Program-made: the position numbers and the translations under genes
NCBI GenBank assembly: GCA_041740995.1
Contig: JBGSKY010000299.1
Span: forward strand, 1 to 61,880
Direction: 5' to 3'
DNA from: Pirellulaceae bacterium
GTDB taxonomy: Bacteria > Planctomycetota > Planctomycetia > Pirellulales > Pirellulaceae
Length of the DNA stretch: 61,880 bases
Shown here: piece after piece, positions 10,748 to 18,885 of the stretch
Layout: each line of letters starts with the position of its first letter
Numbering within the stretch: position 1 is the first letter of the stretch
The notes under the pieces: model-generated
The model's database searches: none
Seen by the model: only the letters and a program-made list of their open reading frames with translations
Told to the model about the DNA's origin: nothing

Positions 10748-10930
10748 GATATTTCTCGTGCCGATCAAGTTGCTTTGGGAACAACGCAATCCAAGGCTCA
10801 CATTGATTGAAATGTAATGTTTTGGCGAATTGGGTTTGGAAGTAACTGTGTTGCTGGATTATGATTCCCAGCTATTAAAACGCTTCGCCACAGAATTTCT
10901 AGGTGTCTCAGTCGAGAAGCTTGGTAGCCG

Positions 10931-12121
10931 GTGTTTGTCTTTTCGACGCTGGTCAGAGTGAAAATCAGGGATAACGGTTTGCAATCCGATGAAATCAAGT
11001 CGCTGGCCCTGCAATGTGGCTTCGACGAATGCAAAATTGTCGCCGCCGATTCCGCGCGAACCTTCTCCAAACTGTTGCAATGGTTGGACAGTGGATACGG
11101 TGGTTCGATGCAATATCTTACGGATCGAGCACCGGCCTACGAGCATCCGCAATCGGTCCTTGCCAATGTCAAGTCGCTGATCATGCTCGTGCTCTCATAC
11201 CATCACGGCAGCCAGACGCCCAGGCAAAGTGTCGATGAATATCAGCAATCATCGGTCCGTCCCAAAGGTCGCGTCGCCAGTTATGCCAGTTCCGGAATTG
11301 ATTACCACGACGTGATTCATGATCGAAGTAAGCAGTTCATCGCGTTGCTAAAACAAGGTTCACCAAGCGGCAATTTTCGATGTGTCGTCGATACCGCACC
11401 CTTGCTTGAACGCGAATTTGCGATGCGCGCCGGCCTGGGTTGGATCGGTAAGAATACGATGCTCATCTCACGAACTTGGGGAAGCTACTTCTTCATAGCG
11501 GCCGTGCTCAGTGATCAACACTTTAACACGGACGCTGAATTTGAATCGGATCACTGCGGTACTTGCACCGCTTGTTTGACAGCCTGTCCAACTCAGGCTT
11601 TCGTGCAACCTCGGCAGCTCGATGCGACGCGCTGCATCAGCTACTACACCATTGAAGAACGAACGATTGCACCGAACAACTTGCGTGAGCAATTCGGCGA
11701 TTGGGTTTTCGGCTGCGACGTGTGTCAGGAGGTTTGTCCCTGGAATCGAAAAGCTCGGTTGAGCGACCAGCCGACTTTTCGGCCAATCCTCCAACTCGCA
11801 AACTTGGATTTGATAGAAGTCTTACGACTGGACGATGCCTCATTCCGTGAGCGATTTCGCCACAGCCCGTTCTGGCGAACCAAACTTTCCGGTCTGCAAC
11901 GCAACGCGTTGATGGCCATCGGGAACCAAAAGTCTACCGCCGCAATCCCTCCAATCGTTCCGTACTTGACCAGTCAAAATATTCATCTCAGATTGGCTGC
12001 CACCTGGGCGCTCGGTCAAATCAATGACCAGCAAAGTCGCAGTCACTTAGAGCGATGTTTTGCCGACGAAAAACATCCGTTGGTGATTGCGGAATTGAAA
12101 AGTGCATTGCGGCGGGATTAG
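10931..12121 (+). CDS. queG: Epoxyqueuosine reductase QueG (tRNA epoxyqueuosine(34) reductase) with C-terminal HEAT-like repeats
   Basis: QueG core LLEREFAMRAGLGWIGKNTMLIS. Two 4Fe-4S cysteine clusters CGTCTACLTACP and CDVCQEVCP. C-terminal HEAT-like repeat. Confidence 0.85.
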   Translation: MFVFSTLVRVKIRDNGLQSDEIKSLALQCGFDECKIVAADSARTFSKLLQWLDSGYGGSMQYLTDRAPAYEHPQSVLANVKSLIMLVLSYHHGSQTPRQSVDEYQQSSVRPKGRVASYASSGIDYHDVIHDRSKQFIALLKQGSPSGNFRCVVDTAPLLEREFAMRAGLGWIGKNTMLISRTWGSYFFIAAVLSDQHFNTDAEFESDHCGTCTACLTACPTQAFVQPRQLDATRCISYYTIEERTIAPNNLREQFGDWVFGCDVCQEVCPWNRKARLSDQPTFRPILQLANLDLIEVLRLDDASFRERFRHSPFWRTKLSGLQRNALMAIGNQKSTAAIPPIVPYLTSQNIHLRLAATWALGQINDQQSRSHLERCFADEKHPLVIAELKSALRRD

Positions 12122-12148
12122 GGCTATTGGAAGCTCTGAAGTTTATCG

Positions 12149-12862
12149 TTGAGATACTTTCACCCAAGGTCGTCGATTATCGCGCCAATTGACACGCGAG
12201 GTCCGATCGCGAGAAACATTTTTTCACTCTTGACATCAACGACGGAGCGGAATAAACCAGAAAGATGGGCAGAGTTTCCGGTGAGATGGACAAGCTTCGA
12301 AGGAATTCCCATGATGCAGAACAGTTCCGAAGGTGATGGCAGCAATGCGCCGCTGCTAGATCGATTTTTTTGCGGTCTGGCCGAGTATATCTTTCACTCC
12401 AAGCTGGGTGTGGCCGACAGCGAGTTGGTAAATTATGTCAGCGATCTTTTGGTGCGGTTCACCAAGACCGACACCATGTTGCGAATCCGCCAAGTGGACG
12501 GTCGCCCAGCCTCTGAAGTCATTACGATGATGTCTGAGGCGCAAACGCGAGTCGGTGTCGCAAAACGGGAAGTACACCGGCACATCGGCGACTTCACTTT
12601 GTTCTGGACTGGAATCTATCCAGAGTCGTTGCGCGAGTCGACCCACAAGCTGCGTAGTGACCGATTTCAGGCTTATTGCGAGCAAGGTAAACGGGCTTAC
12701 GAGATTGCCAGTGAAATTGAGCCGCACAGCGAAAAATCGATCAATAGCTCGCTACTGCGGCGGCTCAGCGATCAATTCGATCTATGTGCCTATGGGTTGC
12801 ACGAGATTCGGCGGCAGTGGGAATGTAACGACGATCAAAGCAATTCGTCGCTAGTCATTTGA
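12149..12862 (+). CDS. Hypothetical protein
   Basis: 237-aa ORF. The start is uncertain; an internal MMQNSSEGDG start is also possible. No family recognised. Confidence 0.4.
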   Translation: MRYFHPRSSIIAPIDTRGPIARNIFSLLTSTTERNKPERWAEFPVRWTSFEGIPMMQNSSEGDGSNAPLLDRFFCGLAEYIFHSKLGVADSELVNYVSDLLVRFTKTDTMLRIRQVDGRPASEVITMMSEAQTRVGVAKREVHRHIGDFTLFWTGIYPESLRESTHKLRSDRFQAYCEQGKRAYEIASEIEPHSEKSINSSLLRRLSDQFDLCAYGLHEIRRQWECNDDQSNSSLVI

Positions 12863-13089
12863 TTTGCCGAGCCAATTTATCTTTATCGAATTTATCGACT
12901 CTGATTTGGTCAGAAAAATTTCGTGAACGGGATTAAAACGTCTCGCGTTCAGTCGGTGGTTAGGTAAAATTTGTCGGAACAAGTGCCCGCCGCGCACTTG
13001 TGGTCGACAGCCACAGACTGCCGTTGCAAGGCTCCCGTGGTGCCGATCAGTATTAGATAATTCTTCGTGCGAATTCAAAAGGAACAGTT

Positions 13090-13713
13090 GTGCCTACTTT
13101 CTCTGTCGGTCATGGAATTACCCGTTTCGAAGACGTGCCGACGCATTCCAATGGGTTTATGGTCAGGTTGTGTCGGTCGGGAGAACGAGTCAGTGAATTT
13201 TTTTCGGACAACACCTCCGGTGGAATTCGCAAAGCGAAAAAGAAAGCAATGGATCGATACCAGCAATTATTGAAAGAATATGGTCCGGCCAAAGATCGAC
13301 CGACGAAAGACCTTCTGACGCATCGCAACAGCACTGGTCATGTCGGTGTTCATATCGCAAAAAGTGTTGACAACCGCTGGTCCGGTGCGGAGTATTTCGC
13401 GTATTGTGCTTCGTGGAATTCGCTGGAAGGAAAGCGTCAGAAAATCGCATTCTCATGGAATCGATATGGCAAGGCGCTCGCCTATGAGATGGCCTGTTAT
13501 GCACGTTCGAACGAAATATGCGATCGAGCGAAAATCACGACGAAGTTTAAGTCCGAAATTGAGGCATACCAGGCCAAAATGACACGCGCAGCAACGCGTG
13601 CCGCAAAGAAATCCGCCGCCTCCACAACTGCAAAACCGGCGAAAAAATCCACCGCGAAAGTCGTCAAAGCGACCTCGAAAAAGAAAAGCAAACCAACCAA
13701 CGCACGAGCTTAG
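13090..13713 (+). CDS. AP2-domain protein (two AP2/ERF-like repeats) with histone H1-like Lys/Ala-rich C-terminal tail
   Basis: Second repeat TGHVGVHIAKSVDNRWSGAEYFAYCASWNSLEGKRQKIAFSWNRYGKALAYEMACYARS fits the AP2 pattern (GV..., W.A, GK...F, A..A...A). A first, more degenerate repeat lies around NGFMVRLCRSGERVSEFF...AMDRYQQL. C-terminal AKKSAASTTAKPAKKSTAKVVKATSKKKSKPT. Start is GTG at 13090 or ATG at 13156. Confidence 0.6.
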   Translation: MPTFSVGHGITRFEDVPTHSNGFMVRLCRSGERVSEFFSDNTSGGIRKAKKKAMDRYQQLLKEYGPAKDRPTKDLLTHRNSTGHVGVHIAKSVDNRWSGAEYFAYCASWNSLEGKRQKIAFSWNRYGKALAYEMACYARSNEICDRAKITTKFKSEIEAYQAKMTRAATRAAKKSAASTTAKPAKKSTAKVVKATSKKKSKPTNARA

Positions 13714-13768
13714 TTGGACAGCGCCACATTGACTTCCAAGTGCGGCAATTTGCTGTGTCTTGCCGCTG

Positions 13769-13836
13769 CGTGAGCGGCAAGGCGCTAGCCGCCGGTTGAA
13801 GCGGCAAAACCCGCGGCTAGCGCCTTGCGGCTCACG
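13769..13836. other. Long imperfect hairpin (24-nt arms, 23/24 paired, 20-nt loop) 55 bp downstream of the AP2 gene stop. A nested alternative 9-bp stem (cttgccgct/agcggcaag) overlaps it. No trailing U-run.
   Basis: Left arm cgtgagcggcaaggcgctagccgc (13769-13792). Right arm gcggctagcgccttgcggctcacg (13813-13836), whose reverse complement matches except for one G/G mismatch. Confidence 0.5.
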
Positions 13837-14265
13837 ACAAAGTGGCGCTGTCCTGTTAAAGTGGCGCTCTCCAATTGGGGACTGGCACGAAATAATTTCC
13901 CGATTTGCACGGCACGTCAAACTAAATCGGATCGCAACGGTTGGTTGTCCGAAGTTCGGTTTTGGACCCCCATGAGCTTGTCTCAGGGGTGAACCAGCTT
14001 CGTAAGCTAACTCCACGACGCTACACCAAAAGACCCCAACGGGTTTATCCCGTTAGGTGAATCAGTTTGCTTGAAGCGTCAAGGAACTTTCGCTCCGTTT
14101 TGATGCACCCACACGGGGGCGGGAAAGATCACTCTGGACTCTTTTCGGAGCATAAAACTTGGCAGTTTTGAGCTGCTACAAAATTGCGAAACTGGGAATT
14201 TAATTCAGGACAATTCTTAAGTTGCTGCGAGTTGCTGACGAACTTCAATAACTGTCAGGAGGACT

Positions 14266-15072
14266 TCACAGTCCAAGAAAACCTTGTCGGTGTCGTTCGC
14301 TTTGTGGAACTGGCGGGCTGAGCCAATGGATTGTATTGAGGGTCGCTGCGGCCAGGAAACCGATTGCAAATCCACCTGCATGCGCCCACCACGCAACACC
14401 TTCGGAATTGCCTGCAAGGCTTGCCGCACCGTTGTAAAGCTGCATGACAAACCAAATACCCAAAAACGCCGGCGCTGGAACCGGAAAGCTCATGAACAGA
14501 ATCGGCAGTGGAATCACCGTTTCAATTACCGCTCTTGGATAGAGCATAACGTACGCACCCATTACCGCCGCAATCGCCCCGCTGGCTCCGATGGTTGGGA
14601 TGGTCGAAGTGGGATCAGCGGCCAATTGGGCCAGTGACGCCAGCACGCCGCCGCCGATGTAAAGCAACAAATACATGACGTGCCCAAATCGATCTTCCAC
14701 GTTGTCGCCGAAAATGTGCAAGAACCACATATTGCCTAAAAAGTGAAGCCAGCCACCATGCAAAAATATGCAGGTTACTAACGTTAGTAAGTCGCCCGGA
14801 ACCGAGGGCAGCAAGGGACGTTTAAACTCGCGCACTTGAGCGACTTGCCGATAGTTATCCACGACAACTGCAACATCGTCACGGAGCAATTCACGATCAC
14901 CGGCAGCATCGTTAACGACGCGGGCCGGCACCATTCCCCACTGTTCAACCAGTTCTTTGTTTCGATCACCGGCGGCCAGTTGAATCAAAAACGCAATCGT
15001 ACACGTGGCGATTATTCCGTAAGTTAAAAAGGGCGTGCTTCGCGGCGGAATATCGTCATGTAGAGGAAACAT
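14266..15072 (-). CDS. Rhomboid family intramembrane serine protease
   Basis: Six TM helices. Catalytic GASGAIAAVMGAY (GxSG) in TM4 and HAGGFAIGFL (His) in TM6. 268 aa. Confidence 0.88.
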   Translation of the reverse strand: MFPLHDDIPPRSTPFLTYGIIATCTIAFLIQLAAGDRNKELVEQWGMVPARVVNDAAGDRELLRDDVAVVVDNYRQVAQVREFKRPLLPSVPGDLLTLVTCIFLHGGWLHFLGNMWFLHIFGDNVEDRFGHVMYLLLYIGGGVLASLAQLAADPTSTIPTIGASGAIAAVMGAYVMLYPRAVIETVIPLPILFMSFPVPAPAFLGIWFVMQLYNGAASLAGNSEGVAWWAHAGGFAIGFLAAATLNTIHWLSPPVPQSERHRQGFLGL

Positions 15073-17621
15073 TAATCAGGTTTACTCGATCTTGGTGCTT
15101 TTGTTTTGGTGTCCGGACGGTCAGCCGCTTGGTTCAGTTGATCCTGCATTTTTCGAACACGATCAGCCAATGATTCGGTTGAGAGTTTCTGCCGCAGCCG
15201 ATCTACGACTAACGGAAAGGCCAGCGGCGTAGTTTGCGCGGGCCTTTGAAATACGATCAGAGCCTGCTGTATTGTTTCGAGCGTGCTGTATAGCCGATCC
15301 CATTCTAGTTGGCGAGACATGACTTCACGACGCGTCTGCTGCAAAAGTAAGTTTTCAGGGTCGTACTCGTTGAAGACGTCAAAAAATAGGTTACTCGAGG
15401 CTTGCAATTGCCGCGAGCTTTTTGTCCGCCCAGGCTGGCCCGAATGCACTAAGCCGGCCACACGGGCGATTTCTCGGAACTGCCGACGTCCCATTTCGCT
15501 GGCGTTCAAACTGGCTAGACAATCGGGCAGCAAATGATCTAACGAGAACCAACGCCGAACTTCCGCTTCATCGATTTCCAAGTTCGGTGCGGTCGCGCTG
15601 TGCAGCAGAAATCCATAATCATTAATCGCAAGATGAAACGTGTTTCGCTGGTGTTTGGCAATGCGGTAAGCGACCAGCGCGCTCAACCCTTCATGAACCA
15701 AGCGGCCAGCGAACGGGAAAAAAAATAGGTGGAAACCGTCGCGCGTTTTTAACGACTCGATCAGCAACTCGTTCGACTTCGGAATACAACTCCAGCTAGC
15801 TTGAATGTCGAGCAGCTCGCGAACCGCCGTCATCTCCTTCCCAATATATTCTCCTGCGTTGGCTGCATCGAGCCGACGCCTTACTGCAACGGCTAGCTGG
15901 GTCGACAACGGCAAGCGACCGCCCTGCCATCTGGGAACCGTCGTTGGCGTTCCTCGCGCGCGGCGCACCCACGCCGCGTTGTCAGCGATGCGAACTAACT
16001 CGAGCAGTTTGCCAGCCAACAAAAATCGATCGCCTGGCTTCAGCTTACTGACAAAACTTTCTTCAACATTACCAATTTTCGCGCTGTTCAAAAATTTGAC
16101 ATCAATGGACGCATCGCTGGTAATCGTTCCAATATTCATGCGGTGTATGCGGATCGTCTTGGCGTCGGTCGCACTATAATAATCGTCGATACAACGGACG
16201 CGTTTGAAGTCTTCGTAGGCGTCGAGGCATTGTCCGCCGCGGACGATAAAATCTAACGTCCATGCGAATTCTTGACGGCTTAAATCTTGATAGGCATAAG
16301 TCTGACGAACTTCTGCGAACATAGAATCGGCATCGAACCCACCACCAATCGCGATCGTGACTAAATGTTGAGCAAGAACATCCAGTGGTTTCTCGATTGG
16401 CAAGCGGTCTTCGAGCTGTTTGCTGGCGTATGCGTCGCGAACTGCAGCCAATTCAATCAACTCCAAAGCGTGTGTTGGAACAAAAATCATCCGACTAGTT
16501 TGGCCGGGAGAATGACCGCTGCGGCCAGCCCGCTGGATCATTCGAGCAGCGCCTTTTGGGCTGCCGATTTGAATAACTTGATCGACGGCAGAAAAGTCAA
16601 CGCCTAGGTCAAGGCTGCTGGTGCATACAACCGCTTTCAGCTTGCCTGCTCGCAATCCGTCTTCAACCCAATGCCGGACCCCACTATCAAGCGAACCGTG
16701 ATGCAAAGCGATCTGTCCAGCCAGTGTGGGTCGGCGGCGAAGCAACTCTTGATACCAAAGCTCCGTTTGGTTTCGAGTGTTAGTGAAGACGAGGGTTGAT
16801 TGAGCTTCGTCGATCACTTTGGCGACTTCCTCCGCCATCGTCAAACCGAGATGACCTGCCCATGGGAAGCGTTCAATTTTTGGCGGGATGACCGATGCAA
16901 GTTCGATCTTCTTCTTTGCAGTTCCTTCGATGATACATCCATTCGAAGTATTGCCCGTCAATGCGGAAAGCGACTGCGTTAGATTACCGATCGTCGCGCT
17001 CAGTCCCCATCGCTGGAGAGTTGGCTGAATTCTGTTTAGCCGAGCCAAAGCAAGTTCAGTTTGGACGCCCCGCTTGGTCCCCATCAACTCGTGCCACTCA
17101 TCGACGATGACGGCTTGCAAATGGGCAAGCTTACTTGCGAACGCTTTGTCGCTGAGCAACAGCGAAATACTTTCCGGCGTTGTAATCAGAACAGTTGGCA
17201 ACGCTTTTTTCTGACGGGCTTTTACGCTAGCGCTCACATCGCTGGTTCTTCGTTCGACCGACCAAGGCAACTCTAGTGTCGATACGATATCCAGAATCGC
17301 GGCCTCGCTATCGCTCGCCAGAGCGCGAAGGGGCGTTAACCAAAGTATGGCCAGCGGCGCCGCATCTTTTGCACCGCGTCGTTTGATGAAGCACTCATGG
17401 CTGGGCGGATTATCGATCCATTGCTGAATCGGACCGAGCATTGCAGCAAGCGTTTTTCCAGTCCCTGTAGCGCTGTGAATCAGACCACAGCAGCCATCAA
17501 GATATCTCTGCCGCGTCAAACGCTGGTACTGGAAAGACTTCCACTTGCGACGCTTAAAAATTTCGAGCGAACTGTTCGCCCATGTTGTAGCGACCGATCT
17601 ACTTTTTAGGCGGCTGGGCAT
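15072..17621 (-). CDS. Lhr-core-like DEXH-box ATP-dependent helicase (DEAD/DEAH helicase + DEAD/H-associated C-terminal domain)
   Basis: Walker A SATGTGKT and motif II DEWHEL. Helicase C motifs (QRAGRSGH). About 400-aa C-terminal Lhr-type domain. ORF track starts at 17690; the ATG at 17621 (MPSRLKS...) gives less overlap with the upstream gene. The stop overlaps the rhomboid start by 1 nt (TAATG). Confidence 0.85.
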   Translation of the reverse strand: MPSRLKSRSVATTWANSSLEIFKRRKWKSFQYQRLTRQRYLDGCCGLIHSATGTGKTLAAMLGPIQQWIDNPPSHECFIKRRGAKDAAPLAILWLTPLRALASDSEAAILDIVSTLELPWSVERRTSDVSASVKARQKKALPTVLITTPESISLLLSDKAFASKLAHLQAVIVDEWHELMGTKRGVQTELALARLNRIQPTLQRWGLSATIGNLTQSLSALTGNTSNGCIIEGTAKKKIELASVIPPKIERFPWAGHLGLTMAEEVAKVIDEAQSTLVFTNTRNQTELWYQELLRRRPTLAGQIALHHGSLDSGVRHWVEDGLRAGKLKAVVCTSSLDLGVDFSAVDQVIQIGSPKGAARMIQRAGRSGHSPGQTSRMIFVPTHALELIELAAVRDAYASKQLEDRLPIEKPLDVLAQHLVTIAIGGGFDADSMFAEVRQTYAYQDLSRQEFAWTLDFIVRGGQCLDAYEDFKRVRCIDDYYSATDAKTIRIHRMNIGTITSDASIDVKFLNSAKIGNVEESFVSKLKPGDRFLLAGKLLELVRIADNAAWVRRARGTPTTVPRWQGGRLPLSTQLAVAVRRRLDAANAGEYIGKEMTAVRELLDIQASWSCIPKSNELLIESLKTRDGFHLFFFPFAGRLVHEGLSALVAYRIAKHQRNTFHLAINDYGFLLHSATAPNLEIDEAEVRRWFSLDHLLPDCLASLNASEMGRRQFREIARVAGLVHSGQPGRTKSSRQLQASSNLFFDVFNEYDPENLLLQQTRREVMSRQLEWDRLYSTLETIQQALIVFQRPAQTTPLAFPLVVDRLRQKLSTESLADRVRKMQDQLNQAADRPDTKTKAPRSSKPD

Positions 17622-18192
17622 CAATTGATCGCAAGAGAGATTCGAAAACCAAATAAGACGCTTCACACTGTCGGATGTAACGTCGGTCAAAGTCTTCGAC
17701 GGATTGCGGTGCCGGAGTATTCAGTTCAAAAGTCTCTGAGCTCAAAAGTTTAAGAGAATTTTTCGTCGGGGATCGGTCAGCAGCGATCGAGTCTGGCACG
17801 CGGCTAGCAATTGCCACAAAAACCTTACCAAGTTTACAACGATTTGTCGCTGACTCGCCGATCGGTCCCAAATGGCCAGTAACCGCAGCGGATAACGTTG
17901 CTTGCGACGTCTTCTTGAGTACCGCAAGAGCTAAAGCTTCGGTAACCTGTGAGCTTTCCGGTCCAATATCTGGATCGTCGAGCAACTTGGAATCAATTGA
18001 AAGCCACTCAGTCTTTGTGCGAGGCTGGTAGACGACGCTTGAACCGCACAGGATTTCTGAAACTCCCGGTAGCTGACCGAACGAGGCAGCGACCAAGCCG
18101 GCGGTGCAACTTTCGGCTAGTACAAGCGAGTGCTGCTTACTTTGAAGCTCATGAAACAACCTCAGCACTAGTTCGAAAGTTTCAGTTTTCAT
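17599..18192 (-). CDS. CinA C-terminal domain / PncC-like (nicotinamide-nucleotide amidohydrolase family) protein
   Basis: CinA_C hallmark LVLAESCTAGLVAASFGQLPGVSE. 197 aa. Directly upstream of and overlapping the helicase gene. Confidence 0.75.
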   Translation of the reverse strand: MKTETFELVLRLFHELQSKQHSLVLAESCTAGLVAASFGQLPGVSEILCGSSVVYQPRTKTEWLSIDSKLLDDPDIGPESSQVTEALALAVLKKTSQATLSAAVTGHLGPIGESATNRCKLGKVFVAIASRVPDSIAADRSPTKNSLKLLSSETFELNTPAPQSVEDFDRRYIRQCEASYLVFESLLRSIDAQPPKK

Positions 18193-18731
18193 TCGTCAAA
18201 AACAATTACTGGTTGAGAGACTAGCTTCGCTAGAAGAGCATTCACAAGATTTGGATACTGTCTAGCCAATCGGCAATGCCAGCCGCGAACCGTAGAGATC
18301 ATAACGCTGAGGCATTTCAAGTTAATGAATAAGCTTACTCGTTGCAAAGTGCCTTAGGCCAAGTAGCAAAATAGAAAAAAAGGAGGAAAACTTAGGAGTA
18401 CGAAATTAGAAGTATGAAAAATGATAAGACGAATTATTTTCCTGCCGCTATATTCCTGCCAGTCCTCTTCTTGCCATCAATGACTGAGTTAAAAAGACCA
18501 GCACTGCACTTTGAAGGCTCACCCCTTGACGAAAAGCTCAAATTGGAGGTATTCTTTTCCGATTGCAGGCAATTTCCGTGCCTAGCAGCGGCTGTGGCTC
18601 GAAAGATTTTACTGGTCTTGTTCAGATGATACGAATGCGGAGGCTTCCGTAATTCATGGTCAAAGACAACGAAACCAGCGATTTTCTCTGTCTTTTGCCC
18701 GGTTCGATGCTAGTCACCGAGAATGCAAACT

Positions 18732-18807
18732 GGCCAGCATAGCTTCAATTGGCAGAGCACCGCATTCGTAATGCGGGGGTTGTGGGTTCGACTCCCACTG
18801 CTGGCTC
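18732..18807 (+). tRNA. tRNA-Thr (anticodon CGU)
   Basis: Cloverleaf folded by hand. Acceptor stem GGCCAGC/GCTGGCT with G1-U72. D-arm AGCTCAATTGGCAGAGC. Anticodon stem CCGCA/TGCGG with loop TTCGTAA, giving anticodon CGT. T-arm GGTTCGACTCC. Discriminator C. CCA is not encoded. Confidence 0.9.
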
Positions 18808-18885
18808 TGGCGGATGTTTTGCATCTACTTGATTGCCGTGCTCAGTCGATTGGTTACCGTTTTCAACCGTGGGAGTGATCGCTTG

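Noticed and set aside
13760-13975. 71-aa ORF overlapping the long hairpin downstream of the AP2 gene
   Set aside because: Low-complexity Arg/Gly/Pro-rich translation generated by the GC-rich palindrome. There is no start context. More plausibly the region is structured RNA or DNA.
13714-14265. RNase P RNA, tmRNA, SRP RNA or 6S RNA in the long convergent intergenic region
   Set aside because: Conserved anchors were searched for by eye on both strands and not found: GGAAAGTCCGG for RNase P, GGTTCGATTCC...CCACCA for tmRNA, AGGTCAGGTCCGGAAGGAAGCAGC for SRP. The region is kept only as a generic ncRNA candidate.
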